Positions 29,322 through 30,874 of a stretch of DNA of 30,874 nucleotides are shown one piece after another. Below the pieces are notes generated by a model. That model saw nothing but the letters and a program-made list of their open reading frames with translations. It did no database searches and was not told where the DNA came from. A program made the position numbers and the translations under genes. Numbering within the stretch: position 1 is the first letter of the stretch; each line of letters begins with the position of its first letter. This DNA is from a virus: positions 1 through 30,874 of the IMG/VR virus record IMGVR_UViG_3300045988_027766; one strand, written 5' to 3'.

Positions 29322-29459
29322 ATGAACCCCAAGAAACATCCAATCAGCTACAAGATAGGCACCATCGCCGCCTACACCCTCATCACAGCCGTGACAATCC
29401 TCGGCGTAACAGGCACAATAGCCATCATGAAACTCCTGATCGCCTTCATCCTCAGCTAA
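29322..29459 (+). CDS. small single-TM membrane protein (45 aa)
   Basis: MNPKKHPISYKIGTIAAYTLITAVTILGVTGTIAIMKLLIAFILS with SD AAAGGAAAC. It corresponds to the C-terminal end of track ORF 28992..29459. Confidence 0.45.
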   Translation: MNPKKHPISYKIGTIAAYTLITAVTILGVTGTIAIMKLLIAFILS

Positions 29460-29464
29460 ACCAC

Positions 29465-29490
29465 AGCCCCACAAACAACGTGGGGCTTTT
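29465..29490 (+). terminator. rho-independent terminator ending the rightward early operon
   Basis: agccccac / gtggggct forms an 8-bp stem with a 7-nt loop, followed by tttt. Confidence 0.65.
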
Positions 29491-29501
29491 CCATATTTGG
29501 A

Positions 29502-29507
29502 TATAAT
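29502..29507 (+). promoter_or_regulatory. TATAAT -10 element of the candidate late promoter (leaderless terS)
   Basis: TATAAT ends 7 nt before ATG 29515, the same geometry as 26902-26907/26915. There is no recognisable -35. Confidence 0.45.
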
Positions 29508-29514
29508 CAGCAAT

Positions 29515-29907
29515 ATGACAGAAGCAGTAGTACGAGACGCACACGGCCGCATCGTCAGCGGAGCATGCAACCCGACCGGCAAAGGCGGATTCCAAGACCG
29601 ACCACAAGACCGAGGCTCATGGACTAAAGACACCAGCCCCACCCGGTGGATCCGAGAATTCAGCAAGCTCACCGCCGAAGAATTCAACGAAAAAACAAAG
29701 GATCCGAACCTTACCATGGTTCAACGCATCGCCATCAAACACATCCTCAACGCATCCAAGGATTCAAAGGTCGCGGCCGACTACATCGACCGACTCGACG
29801 GCAAGGCCCGTCAGTCCACCGACATATCAGTCACCGGCTACGAGCCTCCCCACATCACGCTCGAAGTCTTCGACGACAACCCTGGAAACGACAAAGACAG
29901 CCAGTAA
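29515..29907 (+). CDS. terS: terminase small subunit candidate
   Basis: 130 aa from ATG 29515 (the track gives a TTG at 29497). It lies immediately upstream of terL. It has an NPTGKGGF motif and a basic/helical centre. Confidence 0.55.
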   Translation: MTEAVVRDAHGRIVSGACNPTGKGGFQDRPQDRGSWTKDTSPTRWIREFSKLTAEEFNEKTKDPNLTMVQRIAIKHILNASKDSKVAADYIDRLDGKARQSTDISVTGYEPPHITLEVFDDNPGNDKDSQ

Positions 29908-29926
29908 AAACACCTAGACTGGACAC

Positions 29927-30874
29927 ATGCAGATAGCAAGACCATACCGTGATTTATGGTGGTGGCTCCATACGGAGACGCCACCATATCGTTATTACTG
30001 CTATTCCGGCGGTCGAGCTTCCGGCAAAAGCACCGCCGTCGCACAAAGCCTCATACTCCGTGCCGCCAGCCAGCCAATCACCGTCCTCTGCGCGCGAGAA
30101 TACCAAAATTCCATTTCCGACTCCGTGCACAAGCTTCTTGTCGGCACCATCCGTAAATTCGGATTGCAAGGCTTTGAAATCACCCGCGACGGCATCAGCC
30201 ACATCAACGGCAGCACTTTCATCTTCCGCGGCCTGCACAACAATTTCGAAAGCATCAAAAGCATCGAAGGCATCGACGTCTGCTGGGTCGAGGAAGCACA
30301 GACAGTCGGCAAGGAAAGCCTGACCACGCTCATCCCGACCATCCGCAAAGCCAATTCCACACTGATCTTCACATGGAACCCCCGTACGAGCCACGACACC
30401 GTCTGGAACTATTTCATCTCCTCGGACTCAAAGGAACGTCACAAGCAGACCTGTCACTGGCATACAACATTCAAGGACGTGGAAAGACTCCTCAGCCCGG
30501 ACGTACTCGCCATGATCGAAGCCGACCGGAACTCCGCAGACTTCGGCCACATCTGGCTAGGACTCCCCTACTCGGACACCGACAATCAGCTCATCAGCGA
30601 CAGCATGCTCAACGAAGCCATCCACCGCACCCCAGAGGACGGCCCGGTCACCTTCGGCATCGACGTGGCCCGATACGGCAACGACCGCACCGCACTCACC
30701 ATCAAAAAAGGCAACCATATCGAAACACTCGAATCATGGACGCATTCAAGCATCGTCGACACAGCCGAACGGATCAGGCTCCGCGCCTCCCAATACCAGC
30801 CGATCGACATCCGCATCGACGACACCGGCGTAGGCGGAGGCCTCACCGACCTCCTCAAATCATGGCAACTGCCA
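29927..30874 (+). CDS. terL: terminase large subunit, N-terminal (ATPase) part; runs off the window end and continues at base 1
   Basis: Frame 2 from ATG 29927 reads MQIARPYRDLWWWLHTETPPYRYYCYSGGRASGKST (Walker A). It continues with ..IDVCWVEEAQ (Walker B) and ..FGIDVARYGNDRTAL (nuclease). There is no stop before the end, so it is absent from the ORF track. Confidence 0.85.
   Translation, partial: MQIARPYRDLWWWLHTETPPYRYYCYSGGRASGKSTAVAQSLILRAASQPITVLCAREYQNSISDSVHKLLVGTIRKFGLQGFEITRDGISHINGSTFIFRGLHNNFESIKSIEGIDVCWVEEAQTVGKESLTTLIPTIRKANSTLIFTWNPRTSHDTVWNYFISSDSKERHKQTCHWHTTFKDVERLLSPDVLAMIEADRNSADFGHIWLGLPYSDTDNQLISDSMLNEAIHRTPEDGPVTFGIDVARYGNDRTALTIKKGNHIETLESWTHSSIVDTAERIRLRASQYQPIDIRIDDTGVGGGLTDLLKSWQLP
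30734..30874. repeat. terminal overlap copy 2 (identical to 1..141)
   Basis: See 1..141. Confidence 0.9.

Overview
This window is a complete, circularly closed dsDNA siphovirus-type phage genome. The unit length is 30,733 bp: bases 1-141 are identical to 30734-30874, and the junction lies inside terL.

Layout:
- **Late operon (+ strand).** It runs from a leaderless terS (29515) through terL (which wraps the junction), a portal-MuF fusion, a Com-like Zn-ribbon and a prohead protease-capsid fusion. It continues with a collagen-like protein, connector proteins, a major tail protein with an Ig-like domain, chaperones and the tape measure. It ends with Dit/Tal, a fibre with an S74 chaperone domain, an RBP candidate and a lysis cassette (49-aa 2-TM protein, amidase, holin), closing at terminator 15922-15967.
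- **Early genes (minus strand, 23783->16087).** These are two wHTH/DnaD-like proteins, a DnaC-like loader, DUF3310, ERF, a YqaJ exonuclease, a glutaredoxin-like protein and a wHTH protein.
- **Second leftward operon (26589->25479).** It encodes a membrane protein, dUTPase and DUF1064.
- **Rightward early operon (26915->29459).** It encodes an HTH_17 protein, two Bro-N/KilAC antirepressor paralogs, SSB and a small TM protein.
- I saw no integrase, CI-like repressor, tRNA or cas gene.

Most notable observations:
1. A promoter-driven solitary type I-C-like CRISPR repeat unit (16026->15994) is an RNA anti-CRISPR or mini-array candidate.
2. A 1.7-kb ORF-free, repeat-dense region (23784-25478) holds a duplicated 33-bp hairpin + 92-bp perfect-repeat module, several iteron families and + strand terminators.
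3. Two extreme strand-composition domains are independent of gene orientation and flip inside the late operon.
4. A recurrent CGGCGTGTC box sits at early promoters and terminators.
5. Leaderless promoter geometry occurs at operon starts, and a small-RNA candidate lies in the divergent control region.

All functional calls come from motif recognition by eye. No database search was run.
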